Below, piece after piece: positions 29,670-40,882 of a stretch of 64,000 nucleotides of DNA. The notes beneath the pieces were generated by a model that saw nothing but the letters and a program-made list of their open reading frames with translations, was not told where the DNA came from and made no database searches. How positions within the stretch are numbered: position 1 is the first letter of the stretch; every line of letters starts with the position of its first letter. The DNA comes from Alphaproteobacteria bacterium (GTDB lineage: Bacteria; Pseudomonadota; Alphaproteobacteria; UBA828): positions 192,001 to 256,000 of the forward strand of contig CBDCRW010000004.1 in assembly GCA_965221125.1 (NCBI GenBank). Direction: 5' to 3'. The translations under genes were made by a program, and so were the position numbers.

Positions 29670-31149
29670 TCGCCGGGGCCGCTTCGTCCGTCCCACCCGG
29701 GGCCATATCGCCCGCCGCCCGTGCCGCCCCGGCCGGCAGCGCGTCCTCCTTCGCCGGGACCGGCTGCAGGTAGACGGTGAACGTGCTGCCTTCGCCGGGC
29801 GTGCTGTCGATGGCGAGCGCCCCCCGGTGCCGGTTGACGATGTGCTTGACGATGGCGAGGCCTAGGCCGGTGCCCCCCAGCTCGCGCGAGCGCGCCTTGT
29901 CCACGCGGTAGAAGCGCTCGGTGAGGCGCGGCAGGTGCTCGCGGGGAATGCCGGCGCCCTGGTCCCTGATGGAGACCGTGACCGCGCCGTCCTTGCCCGC
30001 AACCCATCCGGCCGCCTGCGCTTCCGCAGCCCGGTGCGCCGACACGCTGACCGCGCCCCCGGCCTCGCCGTACTTGATCGCGTTGTCGACGAGGTTGAGG
30101 AACACTTGGGTCAGCTCGTCGCCGTCGCCGATCACGGCAGGCAGGTCCTCTTGCGTGTCGATGGCGACGGTGACGCCGCGCTCTTCCGCCCGCCATGCGA
30201 GCGTGCTCTGCACGCTGGCGAGCAGGGAGGGGAGCGGCACGGCATCGGTCGGCGGCGTGTGCTCGTTCATCTCGATGCGCGAGAGCGAGAGCAGGTCGTC
30301 CACCAGGCGGGCCATGCGCCTGCCGTGCTGATCCATGATGGCGAGAAAGCGCTCGCGCGCCGCCGCGTCGTCGCGGGCCGAGCCCTGCAGGGTCTCGATG
30401 AACCCCATCAGCGTGGCCAGCGGAGTCCTGATCTCGTGGCTTGCGTTGGCGACGAAGTCCGCCCGCATCTGATCGGTGCGGCGCACCGCCGTGAAGTCGA
30501 CCAGCGCGAGCAGCACGGCGGCGCCGCCCTCGCGCGCCTCCGCCAACGGCTCCACCCGCGCGGCGAAGGTCCGCTCGACCGGCGCCTGCAGGGTGAACTC
30601 GATGTCGCGTCCGCCGGCGCCCTCCAGGGTCTGCTCGACGGCCTCGATCAGCTGCGGGTTGCGCAGCGAGGCCGCGATGTCACGGCCGATCACCTCGCCT
30701 TCGAGGAGGGACGTCGCCGCCCGGTTGGCGCGCACGATTCTGCGGTCGGAATCCAGGAGGAGGAGGGGTTCGGGCAACGCGTCGAGCGCGCGCTCCAGCT
30801 CCGCCCGTTCGCTCGCGAGCTGCGCCCGGCCTTCGGCGCCGATGCGGGCCATGCGCTCGACCGATGCCGAAAGCTCGCGGGTGAGCAGACCCGCCGGCAC
30901 GGGGTCGCGCTCCGCGTGCGCCCCGCTTGCGGCCGAGGCGTCCACGTGGCGTGCGAGGGTGCCGACATCCGCGAGCATGAAGCCGGCCACGGTTGCCGCG
31001 AGCAGGCTGAGGCCGGCCCAGGCCAGCACCGCCGCGACGGGCGGCGTGAGGCCGAGCGCGCCAAGCACCAGGAACGCGAGGCCGAGCGGCACCGCCGCCG
31101 CAAGGCTGAGGCGCGCCCAGCGGCGGAGCGGAAGGTCGCGCACCGCCAT
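29653..31149 (-). CDS. phoR: Phosphate regulon sensor histidine kinase PhoR
   Basis: Two TM helices, PAS region, [44 protein letters not shown]; GGAGGAG RBS before ATG 31149. Confidence 0.93.
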   Translation of the reverse strand: MAVRDLPLRRWARLSLAAAVPLGLAFLVLGALGLTPPVAAVLAWAGLSLLAATVAGFMLADVGTLARHVDASAASGAHAERDPVPAGLLTRELSASVERMARIGAEGRAQLASERAELERALDALPEPLLLLDSDRRIVRANRAATSLLEGEVIGRDIAASLRNPQLIEAVEQTLEGAGGRDIEFTLQAPVERTFAARVEPLAEAREGGAAVLLALVDFTAVRRTDQMRADFVANASHEIRTPLATLMGFIETLQGSARDDAAARERFLAIMDQHGRRMARLVDDLLSLSRIEMNEHTPPTDAVPLPSLLASVQSTLAWRAEERGVTVAIDTQEDLPAVIGDGDELTQVFLNLVDNAIKYGEAGGAVSVSAHRAAEAQAAGWVAGKDGAVTVSIRDQGAGIPREHLPRLTERFYRVDKARSRELGGTGLGLAIVKHIVNRHRGALAIDSTPGEGSTFTVYLQPVPAKEDALPAGAARAAGDMAPGGTDEAAPASVTKS

Positions 31150-31286
31150 CGATCGGCTCTCCTCCGCAGCCTGGTTCCGAGTCCCTGAGTCTACCAAAGG
31201 GGCGCGGGCGGCGGCATGGCGAAACTGTGGCCGCTGCGGGGTCGGCGCCGCGAAACGGCGGCTGCTCCCTGTGCTACTGTCGCGCC

Positions 31287-34022
31287 ATGCCCAACGACGC
31301 CGAGGCGCAAGCGAGCGCAGCGCCGGCCGCCGGCCGCAGCACCCGCCGGGCCCGGCCGCGTGCGCGCCGCGCCGAGCCGGCAACGCCGATGATGGCGCAG
31401 TACCTGGAGATCAAGGGCGCCCACCCCGACCACCTCCTCTTCTACCGGATGGGCGACTTCTACGAGCTTTTCTTCGACGATGCGCGGGAGGCCTCCGAGG
31501 CGCTCGACATCGCGCTCACCAAGCGGGGATTGCACGAGGGGCAGGAGATCCCCATGTGCGGCGTGCCGGTGGTGAGCGCCGAGGGCTATCTCCAGCGGCT
31601 GATTCGCAAGGGCTTTCGGGTCGCGGTCTGCGAGCAGGTCGAGGATCCGGCCGAGGCGCGCAAGCGGGGCGCGAAGGCGGTCGTCCGCCGCGAGGTCGTC
31701 CGTGTGGTCACGCCGGGGACGCTGAGCGAGGACGCGCTGCTCGATGCGCGCGCGGCCAACTACCTCGCGGCGCTGGCCCAGGCCGAAGGCGCGCTGGCGC
31801 TGGCCTGGGCCGAGATGTCCACCGGCGAGTTCGCGGTCATGGGCGTCTCGGAGGCGTCCCTTCCCGCTGCGCTCGCGGGCCTCGACCCCGGCGAACTCCT
31901 GGTGCCCGAGCCGCTGCTCGAAGCGCCCGCCCTCTTCGAGCTCTTCGCCGAGTGGAAGGAGGCGCTCACGCCTCAGCCGCGCTCGCTCTTCGACAGCGTC
32001 GCCGCAGGCCGCGCGCTCGCGGCCTTCTACGGCATCGCCTCCCTCGACGGTCTCGGCTCGTTCGGGCGCGCGGAGCGCGCCGCGGCCGGCGCCGTGCTCG
32101 GCTATCTCAAGCTCACGCAGAACGGCCAGCTGCCCCGGCTTGCGCGACCGCGCGCGACGGAGACCGGCGCGGCGATGGCGATCGACGCCGCGACCCGGCG
32201 CAACCTGGAGCTCACGGCGACGCTGGAGGGCGCCGCCGCCGGCAGCCTGCTTGCCGTCATCGACCGGACCGTGACCGGCGCGGGCGCCCGGCTGCTCCGG
32301 GCAAGGCTCACCGCGCCGCTGACCGACCCCGACGCCATCGCAGAGCGCCTCAATGCCGTGGGCTTCCTGGTCGAGGCGGAGGGGGCGCGGGCCGGCCTGA
32401 GGGAGAGGCTGCGCCGTTGCCCCGACGTGGAGCGCGCGCTCTCCCGGCTCAGCCTCGGGCGCGGGGGCCCGCGCGACCTCGCTGCGGTGCGCGAGGCGCT
32501 CGGCCAGATTCCGGCGATCCGCGATGCCCTCGGCGCCGATGCCACTGGCGCCCTGCAGGCGCCGCCGCCGGCGCTCGCGGCCTCTCTCCAGGCGCTCGGC
32601 CACCACCAGACCCTTGTCGACCGTCTTAACAGCGCCCTTGTCGAAAGCCCGCCGCCCGGCATCCGCGACGGCGGCGTCATCGCGCGTGGCTACGACGAGG
32701 CGCTCGACGACGTGGTGGAGCTGCGGGACCACAGCCGGCGCCTGATCGGCGGGCTGGAGGCGCGCTACCGGAGCGAGACCGGCGTGGGCGCCCTCAAGGT
32801 GCGCCACAACAACGTGCTCGGCTACTACGTCGAGGTGCCGCCGCCGCGGGCCGAGGCGCTGGGCGAGGCCTTCATCCACCGCCAGACCCTCGCCAGCGCC
32901 ATGCGCTACACGACGGTGGAGCTGGGCGAGCTCGAGGCCAAGATCAACGGCGCGGCGGACAAGGCGCTCGCGCTCGAGCAGGCGCATTTCGAGGACCTTC
33001 GCGCCGATGTCGTCCGCCGGTCGGAGGATATCGCGCGGGCCGCCGGCGCGCTGGCTGCGCTCGACGTGGCGCACGGGCTGGCGCAGCTCGCCGTCGAGCG
33101 CCGCTACTGCCGCCCGGTCGTCGACCGCTCGCTGGCCTTCGAGATCGAGGGCGGCCGGCACCCGGTGGTGGAAGCGATGGGGGCGGGCGGGGACACGCCC
33201 TTCGTCCCCAACGACTGCGACCTCGGCGACGAAGCCCGCATCTGGCTGGTCACCGGCCCCAACATGGCCGGCAAGAGCACCTTCCTGCGCCAGAACGCGC
33301 TGATCGCGGTGCTGGCCCAGATGGGCTCGTTCGTGCCCGCCACCGAGGCCCGCATCGGCGTGGTGGACCGGCTCTTCTCCCGCGTCGGCGCGGCCGACGA
33401 TCTCGCGCGCGGGCGCTCCACCTTCATGGTCGAGATGGTGGAGACCGCCGCCATCCTCAACCAGGCCGGCGAGCGCGCGCTGGTGATCCTCGACGAGATC
33501 GGGCGCGGCACCGCCACCTATGACGGCCTCTCCATCGCCTGGGCCGCGATCGAGCATCTGCACGACGGCAACCGCTGCCGCGCGCTCTTCGCCACCCACT
33601 ATCACGAGCTCACGGCGCTTGCCCAGAAGCTCGACCGGCTCGCCTGCCACACCATGCGGATCAAGGAATGGCAGGGAAAGGTCGTGTTCCTGCACGAGGT
33701 GGCGCCGGGTGCCGCCGACCGCTCCTACGGCATCCACGTGGCGCGCCTCGCCGGCCTGCCCGAGGCGGTCCTCGCCCGCGCCGAGGAGGTGCTGACGCTG
33801 CTGGAACAGGGCGAGAAGGCCACCGCCGCCTCCCGGCTCGCGAACGATCTGCCGCTCTTCGCAGCGCGAGCGACGGCGGCGCCTGCCCGGGCGGAACCTG
33901 CGCCCGACCCGCTTCGGGTGCGCCTCGCCGAGATCAACCCCGACGACCTCACCCCGCGCGATGCGCTGGATCTGGTCTACGCGCTCCGCGCCGGGCTCGA
34001 TGACGATGAGAACCAAGACTGA
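31287..34022 (+). CDS. mutS: DNA mismatch repair protein MutS
   Basis: [54 protein letters not shown]; start uncertain. Confidence 0.97.
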   Translation: MPNDAEAQASAAPAAGRSTRRARPRARRAEPATPMMAQYLEIKGAHPDHLLFYRMGDFYELFFDDAREASEALDIALTKRGLHEGQEIPMCGVPVVSAEGYLQRLIRKGFRVAVCEQVEDPAEARKRGAKAVVRREVVRVVTPGTLSEDALLDARAANYLAALAQAEGALALAWAEMSTGEFAVMGVSEASLPAALAGLDPGELLVPEPLLEAPALFELFAEWKEALTPQPRSLFDSVAAGRALAAFYGIASLDGLGSFGRAERAAAGAVLGYLKLTQNGQLPRLARPRATETGAAMAIDAATRRNLELTATLEGAAAGSLLAVIDRTVTGAGARLLRARLTAPLTDPDAIAERLNAVGFLVEAEGARAGLRERLRRCPDVERALSRLSLGRGGPRDLAAVREALGQIPAIRDALGADATGALQAPPPALAASLQALGHHQTLVDRLNSALVESPPPGIRDGGVIARGYDEALDDVVELRDHSRRLIGGLEARYRSETGVGALKVRHNNVLGYYVEVPPPRAEALGEAFIHRQTLASAMRYTTVELGELEAKINGAADKALALEQAHFEDLRADVVRRSEDIARAAGALAALDVAHGLAQLAVERRYCRPVVDRSLAFEIEGGRHPVVEAMGAGGDTPFVPNDCDLGDEARIWLVTGPNMAGKSTFLRQNALIAVLAQMGSFVPATEARIGVVDRLFSRVGAADDLARGRSTFMVEMVETAAILNQAGERALVILDEIGRGTATYDGLSIAWAAIEHLHDGNRCRALFATHYHELTALAQKLDRLACHTMRIKEWQGKVVFLHEVAPGAADRSYGIHVARLAGLPEAVLARAEEVLTLLEQGEKATAASRLANDLPLFAARATAAPARAEPAPDPLRVRLAEINPDDLTPRDALDLVYALRAGLDDDENQD

Positions 34023-34085
34023 CCGGCGGCCGCGCGGCGCTACGGGACCGGGGCCGCCCGATCGCGATCAGGATCACGCCGGCCG

Positions 34086-34952
34086 ATGAAGCCGCCGCCT
34101 TTCGCCTACGAATGCCCGCGCGACGTGGCCGGGGCAGTCGCGCTTCTCGCGGCGCACGGCGGCGACGCGCGCCCGCTCGCCGGCGGGCAAAGCTTGGTGC
34201 CGCTGCTCAACTTCCGCTTGGCGCGGCCCGCGGTCCTGGTCGATCTCAACCGCATCGAGGCGCTCGGTCGGATCAAGGTCGAGGATGGCGCGCTTTGCAT
34301 GGGCGCCATGGCCCGCCAGGCGGCGGTCGAGGCCGATGCCCGCGTGGCGCGCGGATGGCCGGTCTTGCATGAGGCCATCGGCCACATCGCCCATCCGCAG
34401 ATCCGAAACCGCGGCACCATCGGCGGCAGCCTCGCGCACAACGATCCGGCGGCCGAGCTGCCGGCGGCGATGCTGGCCCTCGATGCCGAGATGACCGCGC
34501 AGGGTCCGGCGGGAGTGCGCACCATCCAGGCCGGAGACTTCTTCGCGGGCACGATGGAGACGGCGCTGGCGCCGGACGACCTGCTCACCGAGGTTCGCGC
34601 GCCTGCGTTGCCCGAGGGGACCGGCTGGGCCTTTCAGGAGGCCGCGCGCCGCCAGGGGGATTTCGCGCTCGTCGCGGTTGCGGTGCTGCTGCGGCCGGAT
34701 GGCGCAGGCGGTATCGCCGCCCGCGTCGTCGTCACCGGAACCGGCGACGGGCCCGCCCGGATGCCGCAAGCCGAGGCGATACTGGCCGAGCGGGGCATGG
34801 ATGTCGATGCGTGCGCGGCGGCCGCCGACGCCGCGGCGGAGGCCTCCGAGCCGGCGGACGACCCCCATGCGCCCGCCTGGTACCGCCAGAAACTCGTGGC
34901 CGCGCTCACGCGGCGTGCCTGCCGCGAGGCGCTCACCAGGATGGGGCGCTGA
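34086..34952 (+). CDS. Molybdenum hydroxylase FAD-binding medium subunit (CoxM/XdhB-like)
   Basis: MKPPPFAY, LAGGQSL, QIRNRGTIGGS. Confidence 0.92.
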   Translation: MKPPPFAYECPRDVAGAVALLAAHGGDARPLAGGQSLVPLLNFRLARPAVLVDLNRIEALGRIKVEDGALCMGAMARQAAVEADARVARGWPVLHEAIGHIAHPQIRNRGTIGGSLAHNDPAAELPAAMLALDAEMTAQGPAGVRTIQAGDFFAGTMETALAPDDLLTEVRAPALPEGTGWAFQEAARRQGDFALVAVAVLLRPDGAGGIAARVVVTGTGDGPARMPQAEAILAERGMDVDACAAAADAAAEASEPADDPHAPAWYRQKLVAALTRRACREALTRMGR

Positions 34953-35441
34953 ATGCCGAATCACGAACGCAGCGTGCGCGTCACCATCAACGGCGAGGCC
35001 CACGAACGGCAGGTCGAGCCCAGGCTCCTGCTCTCCGACTTCATTCGGCACGAAGCGGGACTCACCGGCACCCATGTGGGCTGCGAGCACGGGGTCTGCG
35101 GCGCCTGCTCCGTGCTGCTCGACGGCGCGCCGGTGCGCTCCTGCCTCATGTTCGCGGTGCAGGCGGACGGGGCCTCGGTCGAGACGGTGGAATCGCTCGC
35201 CGACGGCGAGGCGCTCCACCCGCTGCAGGAGGCCTTCCGCCGCGAGCACGGGCTGCAATGCGGCTATTGCACGCCCGGCATCCTGATGACGCTCAAACCC
35301 TTCCTCGCAGCCAACCCGGCGCCGAGCGACGCCGAGATCAGGCGCGCGCTTTCCGGCAACCTCTGCCGCTGCACCGGCTACCAGCAGATCGTGGCGGCGG
35401 TGCGCCGCGCCGCGGCAATGCTGCGGGGTGAAGAGCCATGA
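34953..35441 (+). CDS. Molybdenum hydroxylase 2x[2Fe-2S] small subunit (CoxS-like)
   Basis: GCEHGVCGAC, LQCGYCTPG, NLCRCTGY. Confidence 0.95.
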   Translation: MPNHERSVRVTINGEAHERQVEPRLLLSDFIRHEAGLTGTHVGCEHGVCGACSVLLDGAPVRSCLMFAVQADGASVETVESLADGEALHPLQEAFRREHGLQCGYCTPGILMTLKPFLAANPAPSDAEIRRALSGNLCRCTGYQQIVAAVRRAAAMLRGEEP

Positions 35442-37798
35442 CCACGCGTCTGATCGGCGAGCCCGTCGAGCGGCGCGAGGATGCGCGGCTGCTCACCGGG
35501 CGCGCGCGCTTCATCGACGACATCGGCCTCCCCGGCATGCTGCACGCTGCTGTGCTCCGCAGCCCCCATGCCAAGGCGCGGTTTGCGCGCGTCGATGCGT
35601 CCGCCGCGCTCGCGCTCCCCGGCGTGTACGCGGTCATCACCCACGAGGACTTGGGCGAGGCCAATGCGCCCATGCCGCTCCTCAACGAAGACCCCGGCTT
35701 CATCCATCCGCGCACCCACCAGGCGCTGGCGCCCGGCCAGGTGCGCTTCGTCGGCGAGGCGGTGGCGCTGGTGGTGGCCGACAGCCGCTATATCGCCGAA
35801 GACGCGCTCGACCTGATCGAGGTGGACTATGCGCCGGAGGCTGCGGCGGTCGATCTCGTGGCGGCGGCGGAGCCCGGCGCGCCGCTCGTCCACGACGACA
35901 CCGATTCCAACGTCGCCTGCCGCACCGCCGACAGCAACGGCGATGTCGAAAGCGCCTTCGCCCAGGCCGACTTCGTGCTGCGCGAGGAGCTCCGGCCCGA
36001 ACGGGGCGCGGCCCAGCCGATGGAGACGCGGGGCGTCGTCGCCCGCTTCGATGCGAGCCTCGACCGGCTCACGATCTGGGACACCACCCAGGCGCCCATC
36101 GCGGCCCGCGGCGTGATCGCAGAGAAGCTCGGGCTGCCGGAGGCCGCCGTCACCGTCATCGCGCCGGACGTGGGCGGCGGCTTCGGCGTCAAGATCTACC
36201 TGGTCTATCCGGAGGAGCTGCTGGTCCCCTTCGCCGCCCGCCTGCTGGACCGCCCGGTGAAGTGGATCGAGGACCGCCGCGAGCACTTCATCGGCTCCAA
36301 CCACGAGCGCCTGATGGTGCACCGCGTCGAGGTCGCGGCGACGAAGGACGGGCGCATCCTTGGGATCAGGGACCGCTTCCTCTACGACAGCGGCGCCTAC
36401 TGCCCCTACGGCCCCATCAACGCCCAGTGCGCCCAGGCCATCCTGCCCGGCCCCTACAGGATTCCGGCGGTGCACACGGAGTACGAGGCGGTCTACACCA
36501 ACACGCCGGTCGTGAGCCCGTACCGCGGCGCAGGCCAGCCGCACGGCAACTTCGTCATGGAAGCGGCGATGAACCACGTCGCCCGTGCGCTCGGCCTCGA
36601 TGCGGCCGAGATCAGGCGGCGCAACCTGGTGCGGCCCGAGGACTGCCCCTGGGATTCGGGCCGTATCTTCCAGGGCAACACGCCGCTCATCCACCGGGAC
36701 AGCGACTACCCCGCCCAGCTCGCGAAGACGCTGGAAGCGCTCGACTACGCGGGCGTGAAGCGGAGCCAGCCGGCGGAACGCGAGCAGGGCATCTTGCGCG
36801 GCGTCGGCATCGCCTTCTTCGTCGAGGGCACCGGCATCTCGCCCTACGAGGGGGTCGAAGTGCGGGTGGAGCCCACCGGGCACGTGCACGTGACGACCGG
36901 CTATCCCTCGCAGGGGCAGGGCCATCACACGACGCTCGCGCAGGTGGTGGCGGAGACGCTGGCCGTCCCGCCGGAGCAGGTGGTGGTGGAGAGCGGGCGC
37001 AGCGACCGCTTCGCCTGGGGCGTCGGCACCTTCGCCAGCCGCTCGGCCGTGGTGGGGGGAAGCGCTGCGTTGGGCGCGGCCGAGGCCGTCCGTGCGCGGG
37101 CGCTCGACCTCGCATCGGACGAGCTGGAGGCGGCGCCCGAGGACCTGGTGCTGGCCGATGGCGCGGTGCACGTGAAGGGGGCGCCGCAGCTGGCGGTCAC
37201 GCTGGCCGCACTCGCCCGTGCGGCAGACCCCATCAACACGCTCGCGGCGGGCGCCGAGCCCGGCCTGCGCGCCGCCGACTATTACCGCAGCCCGGACGGC
37301 GCGTTCGCGAGCGGGGTCCACGGGCTGATCGTGGTCGTCGATGCCGCCACCGGCATGGTGGAAATCGAGAAGTACGTCGTGGTCCACGACTGCGGCGTGA
37401 TGATCAACCCCACCATCGTCGACGGCCAGATCCTGGGCGGCACGGCGCAGGGCATCGGGGGTGCCTTCTACGAGAAGCTCAGGTTCGACGACGACGGCCA
37501 GCCGCTGGTCACCACCTTCATGGACTACCTGATCCCGACGGCGATGGAGATCCCGCCCATCGAGATCCATCACATGGAGAGCCGCTCCAGCCTCAATCCC
37601 CTCGGCGTCAAGGGGGTGGGGGAGGGCGGCGCGATCCCGGCGGCGGCGGCCTTCGCGGGCGCGGTGGAAGACGCGCTGGAGCCCTTCGGCGCCCGCGTCC
37701 GCGCCGTCCCCCTCGACCCTCCCGCCATCCTCGCGATGATCGAGGGGCGCGGCGACGAGGCCAACAATGCGGCAATGGTGGGCAATTACCAGCTCTAG
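35438..37798 (+). CDS. Xanthine dehydrogenase family molybdopterin-binding large subunit (form II CoxL-like)
   Basis: VGGGFGVK, PYRGAGQP, QGQGH, GQILGG, KGVGE. Confidence 0.93.
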   Translation: MTTRLIGEPVERREDARLLTGRARFIDDIGLPGMLHAAVLRSPHAKARFARVDASAALALPGVYAVITHEDLGEANAPMPLLNEDPGFIHPRTHQALAPGQVRFVGEAVALVVADSRYIAEDALDLIEVDYAPEAAAVDLVAAAEPGAPLVHDDTDSNVACRTADSNGDVESAFAQADFVLREELRPERGAAQPMETRGVVARFDASLDRLTIWDTTQAPIAARGVIAEKLGLPEAAVTVIAPDVGGGFGVKIYLVYPEELLVPFAARLLDRPVKWIEDRREHFIGSNHERLMVHRVEVAATKDGRILGIRDRFLYDSGAYCPYGPINAQCAQAILPGPYRIPAVHTEYEAVYTNTPVVSPYRGAGQPHGNFVMEAAMNHVARALGLDAAEIRRRNLVRPEDCPWDSGRIFQGNTPLIHRDSDYPAQLAKTLEALDYAGVKRSQPAEREQGILRGVGIAFFVEGTGISPYEGVEVRVEPTGHVHVTTGYPSQGQGHHTTLAQVVAETLAVPPEQVVVESGRSDRFAWGVGTFASRSAVVGGSAALGAAEAVRARALDLASDELEAAPEDLVLADGAVHVKGAPQLAVTLAALARAADPINTLAAGAEPGLRAADYYRSPDGAFASGVHGLIVVVDAATGMVEIEKYVVVHDCGVMINPTIVDGQILGGTAQGIGGAFYEKLRFDDDGQPLVTTFMDYLIPTAMEIPPIEIHHMESRSSLNPLGVKGVGEGGAIPAAAAFAGAVEDALEPFGARVRAVPLDPPAILAMIEGRGDEANNAAMVGNYQL

Positions 37799-37853
37799 AC
37801 GTCTCTAATTCTGCCCGAATTATACTGGCCCTAGAGTTGTTAGGAGAGAGCTC

Positions 37854-38567
37854 TTGAAGTTACGGAAAGTAGTGAACGAATCAGACACCTTGCCGGGTAA
37901 GGTATTTGATTTTGTCGTTCTCTTTCTAATCCTAGTTTCGGTTGTCGCGTTGACAATAGATACGCTGCCGGACTTGCCCGAATTTGCACAAGACGTACTC
38001 GATATTTCTGAGATTGCTATTACTGTTCTGTTCACAATAGAATATTTTGTTCGTGTTGTAGCGTCTCCGAGGAAAAGGGATTACATATTTAGCTTTTACG
38101 GAATTGTCGATTTAATCGCGATTCTTCCCTTCTATATTGCGTTAGGAGTCGATCTTCGTGCCGTTCGAGCCTTTCGTTTATTCCGTATCATTCGCATCTT
38201 GAAGCTAACTCGATACAGCCGAGCAATGGAGCGCTTTGCCAAAGCTCTAGCGTATGCCAAGCAAGAAGTGGTGATATTCCTGGTGGCAACGATGATAGTC
38301 TTGTATTTGGCTTCAGTGGGCATGTATTATTTTGAGCATGAAGCTCAGCCGGAAGCCTTCCGGTCGATTTTTGATGGATTATGGTGGGCTGTCGCTACAC
38401 TGACGACAGTAGGATACGGTGACGTCTATCCGGTTACCGTTGGCGGTAAGATTTTCACATTCATAATATTGATGTGTGGTCTAGGTATCGTGGCAGTCCC
38501 AGCAGGACTCATCTCCGCGGCGTTGTCGAAGGTTCGGCGGGATGAGGAGCGACAAAGAGAGCAGTAA
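37854..38567 (+). CDS. Voltage-gated-type potassium channel (6TM ion transporter)
   Basis: S4-like RAFRLFRIIRILK, pore WWAVATLTTVGYGD; TTG start after AGGAG; visibly AT-richer than flanks. Confidence 0.9.
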   Translation: MKLRKVVNESDTLPGKVFDFVVLFLILVSVVALTIDTLPDLPEFAQDVLDISEIAITVLFTIEYFVRVVASPRKRDYIFSFYGIVDLIAILPFYIALGVDLRAVRAFRLFRIIRILKLTRYSRAMERFAKALAYAKQEVVIFLVATMIVLYLASVGMYYFEHEAQPEAFRSIFDGLWWAVATLTTVGYGDVYPVTVGGKIFTFIILMCGLGIVAVPAGLISAALSKVRRDEERQREQ

Positions 38568-38811
38568 GTTGAACCTAAATTCGCATCGCCGTTCGAACTG
38601 AATAGAATTGCCGCTGTTGTCTCTTCTCCTAAATTTTGCTGATCCTTAAACAGCCTCATCAAGCGGGACCTGACCGAGAGTGACTGATTGCATCATCTGG
38701 TGCAGCCTCAATGGGCCATAGGCCGCTTGGCGCAGGTGCGGCGGGCGACTATCGTGCGCGGCTTGTCGCGAGAGCGCGGGGCAACGCCGTGACCGGAGAA
38801 CGTGAGGCGGG

Positions 38812-40878
38812 ATGAGCAGCGCTGAGGAGGGCGCGCGCTACGTGCTCGCCGTCGATGTCGGCGGCACGTTCACCGACGTGATCCGCCACGACACGCAGAG
38901 CGGCGCGGTGGAGGTCGCGAAGACCGCGTCGACGCCGCCCGATTTCATCGACGGCATGCTGGCCGGCATCGCGGCCGTGGGCGCCGAGCCCGCTGCCATC
39001 AAGCTCATCAAGATCGGCACCACCATCGCCACCAACACGGTCATCATGCGCACCGGCGCGCGGACCGCGCTGGTGACCACGGCGGGCTTCACCGACGTGC
39101 TCCACGCCGCCCGCGCCGCGCGCCCCACGCTCTACGATTCCGACTGGGACCCGGCGCCCGCCCTGGTCGACCGCCGCGACACCATGACCGTGGCCCAGCG
39201 CACCACCTACGAGGGCGAGGTGCTGGAGCCCCTCGACGAGTCCGGCTTGCGCGAGACCGCGGCGCGCCTGCGGGAGCGCGGGATCGAGGCGGTGGCAGTG
39301 AGCTTCCTCCACAGCTACATCAACGACGACCACGAGCGCCGCGCCCAGGAAGTTCTCGGCGAAGAGATGCCAGGCAGCTACGTCTGCCGCTCGTCGGACA
39401 TCCTGCCCGAGATCCGCGAGTTCGAGCGCACCAGCACCACCGTCGCCAACGCCTATCTCGGCCCGGTGCTGGAGCGCTACCTCGCCTCGCTCCTGGCCCG
39501 GCTGGAGGGCATCGGCTACGACGGGCCGGTCCTCATCACCCATTCCGGCGGTGGCGTCATGTCCATCGAGGCCGCGCGGCGCATCCCGGCGCGCATCTGC
39601 CAGTCAGGGCCGGCTGCGGGCGTGATGGCGGGCGCCGCCATCGGCAGGCTCGCGGACAGGCCTGACGTGATCGTCCTCGACGTGGGCGGCACCAGCGCCG
39701 ACGTCTCGCTCTCGCGCCGGGGCCGCCCGCTGATCCGGCCCGAGTGGAACATCGAGTTCAACATCGTCATCAGCTTCCCCTCGGTGGACGTCACCGCCAT
39801 CGGCGCCGGCGGCGGCTCCATCGCCCGCATCGACGAGGGGGGCGTGCTGAAGGTGGGGCCGGCCAGCGCCGGTGCGCGGCCCGGCCCCGCCTGCTACGGC
39901 CAGGGCGGGACCCAGCCGACCGCGACCGATACCAACCTCGTGCTCGGCCGCCTCGGCGCCGGGACCAGGCTCGCCGGCCGCGTGGCCTTGCATCCGAAGC
40001 TTGCCGAAGAGGCCATCGACCGCATCGCGGAGCCTTTGGGCTATTCGCGGGCGGAGGCCGCGGCCGGCATCCTGCGGGTCATGCGCGCCAACATGGCGGG
40101 CGCGATCCGCCTCGTCTCGGTGAAGCGCGGCCACGACCCGCGCGACTTCGCGCTCGTCGCCTTCGGCGGCGCCGGGCCGCTCTACGCCGTGGAGCTCGCT
40201 CGCGAGCTCGGCATCCCCGAGGTGATCGTGCCCTTCCGTCCCGGCCTCGGCTCCGCCATGGGCGTGCTGCACGTGGAGGTGCGGCACGATTTCGTGCAGT
40301 CGATCTTCGCCACCGACGAGCGCTTCGATTCCGGCGAGATCAACGACGCCTTCACCGCGCTGGAAGGGCGCGCGCTGGCGCGGCTCACGCGGGACGGCGT
40401 GGCGGCCCAGGACGTGGTGCTCCGCCGCGAGATCGATGTGCGCTACTATGGCCAGGTCTCGGGCGGCCTCACGCTCGCGGTCAAGGCGGGCGCGCTCGAC
40501 GACGACGATATCCGCGGGCTCTTCCGCGCGTTTCACGAGCGCCACACCGAGGACTATGGCTACAGCTTGCCGGAGGACCTTGCCGAGCTCGAGATCGTCA
40601 ACGCCCGCGTCGCGGCGGAGGCGCGCGCTGCGACCGGCGCGGCGCCTGCGTTCGGCGCGAACGGCGCGGGCGACCCCGCTCCGCGCGGGCGCAGAAAAAT
40701 GTTCGACGAGGCCGAGGGCTGGGTGGAGGCGCCGGTCTACGAACGGACGACGCTCCCGGTCGGCTTCGAGATTCCCGGCCCCGCCATCATCGAGCAGCTG
40801 GACAGCACCACCCTGCTCGTCCCCGGCTCGCAGGCGCGGGTCGATGAGCGCTTCAACCTGATCTGCACGAGCGGGTAG
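38812..40878 (+). CDS. Hydantoinase A / 5-oxoprolinase ATP-binding subunit family
   Basis: DVGGTFTD, SGPAAG, DVGGTSAD, IGAGGGSIA, GPASAGARPGPACY. Confidence 0.93.
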   Translation: MSSAEEGARYVLAVDVGGTFTDVIRHDTQSGAVEVAKTASTPPDFIDGMLAGIAAVGAEPAAIKLIKIGTTIATNTVIMRTGARTALVTTAGFTDVLHAARAARPTLYDSDWDPAPALVDRRDTMTVAQRTTYEGEVLEPLDESGLRETAARLRERGIEAVAVSFLHSYINDDHERRAQEVLGEEMPGSYVCRSSDILPEIREFERTSTTVANAYLGPVLERYLASLLARLEGIGYDGPVLITHSGGGVMSIEAARRIPARICQSGPAAGVMAGAAIGRLADRPDVIVLDVGGTSADVSLSRRGRPLIRPEWNIEFNIVISFPSVDVTAIGAGGGSIARIDEGGVLKVGPASAGARPGPACYGQGGTQPTATDTNLVLGRLGAGTRLAGRVALHPKLAEEAIDRIAEPLGYSRAEAAAGILRVMRANMAGAIRLVSVKRGHDPRDFALVAFGGAGPLYAVELARELGIPEVIVPFRPGLGSAMGVLHVEVRHDFVQSIFATDERFDSGEINDAFTALEGRALARLTRDGVAAQDVVLRREIDVRYYGQVSGGLTLAVKAGALDDDDIRGLFRAFHERHTEDYGYSLPEDLAELEIVNARVAAEARAATGAAPAFGANGAGDPAPRGRRKMFDEAEGWVEAPVYERTTLPVGFEIPGPAIIEQLDSTTLLVPGSQARVDERFNLICTSG

Positions 40879-40882
40879 GACC

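Noticed and set aside
31191-34016. 941-aa antisense ORF over mutS, and similar long shadow ORFs (3628-5520, 6459-8027, 35378-37573, 46588-48876, 56876-59077)
   Set aside because: They lie opposite or out of frame to well-supported genes and have no motifs; they are expected from stop-codon scarcity in high-GC DNA.
35438-37798. True aerobic CO dehydrogenase (coxL form I)
   Set aside because: The active-site loop is PYRGAGQ, not AYxCSFR, and no coxDEFG accessory genes are adjacent.
38568-38660. Intact integron attC site after the K+ channel
   Set aside because: ACCTAAA deviates from RYYYAAC, and no L-box pairing or terminal GTTRRRY hairpin could be drawn.
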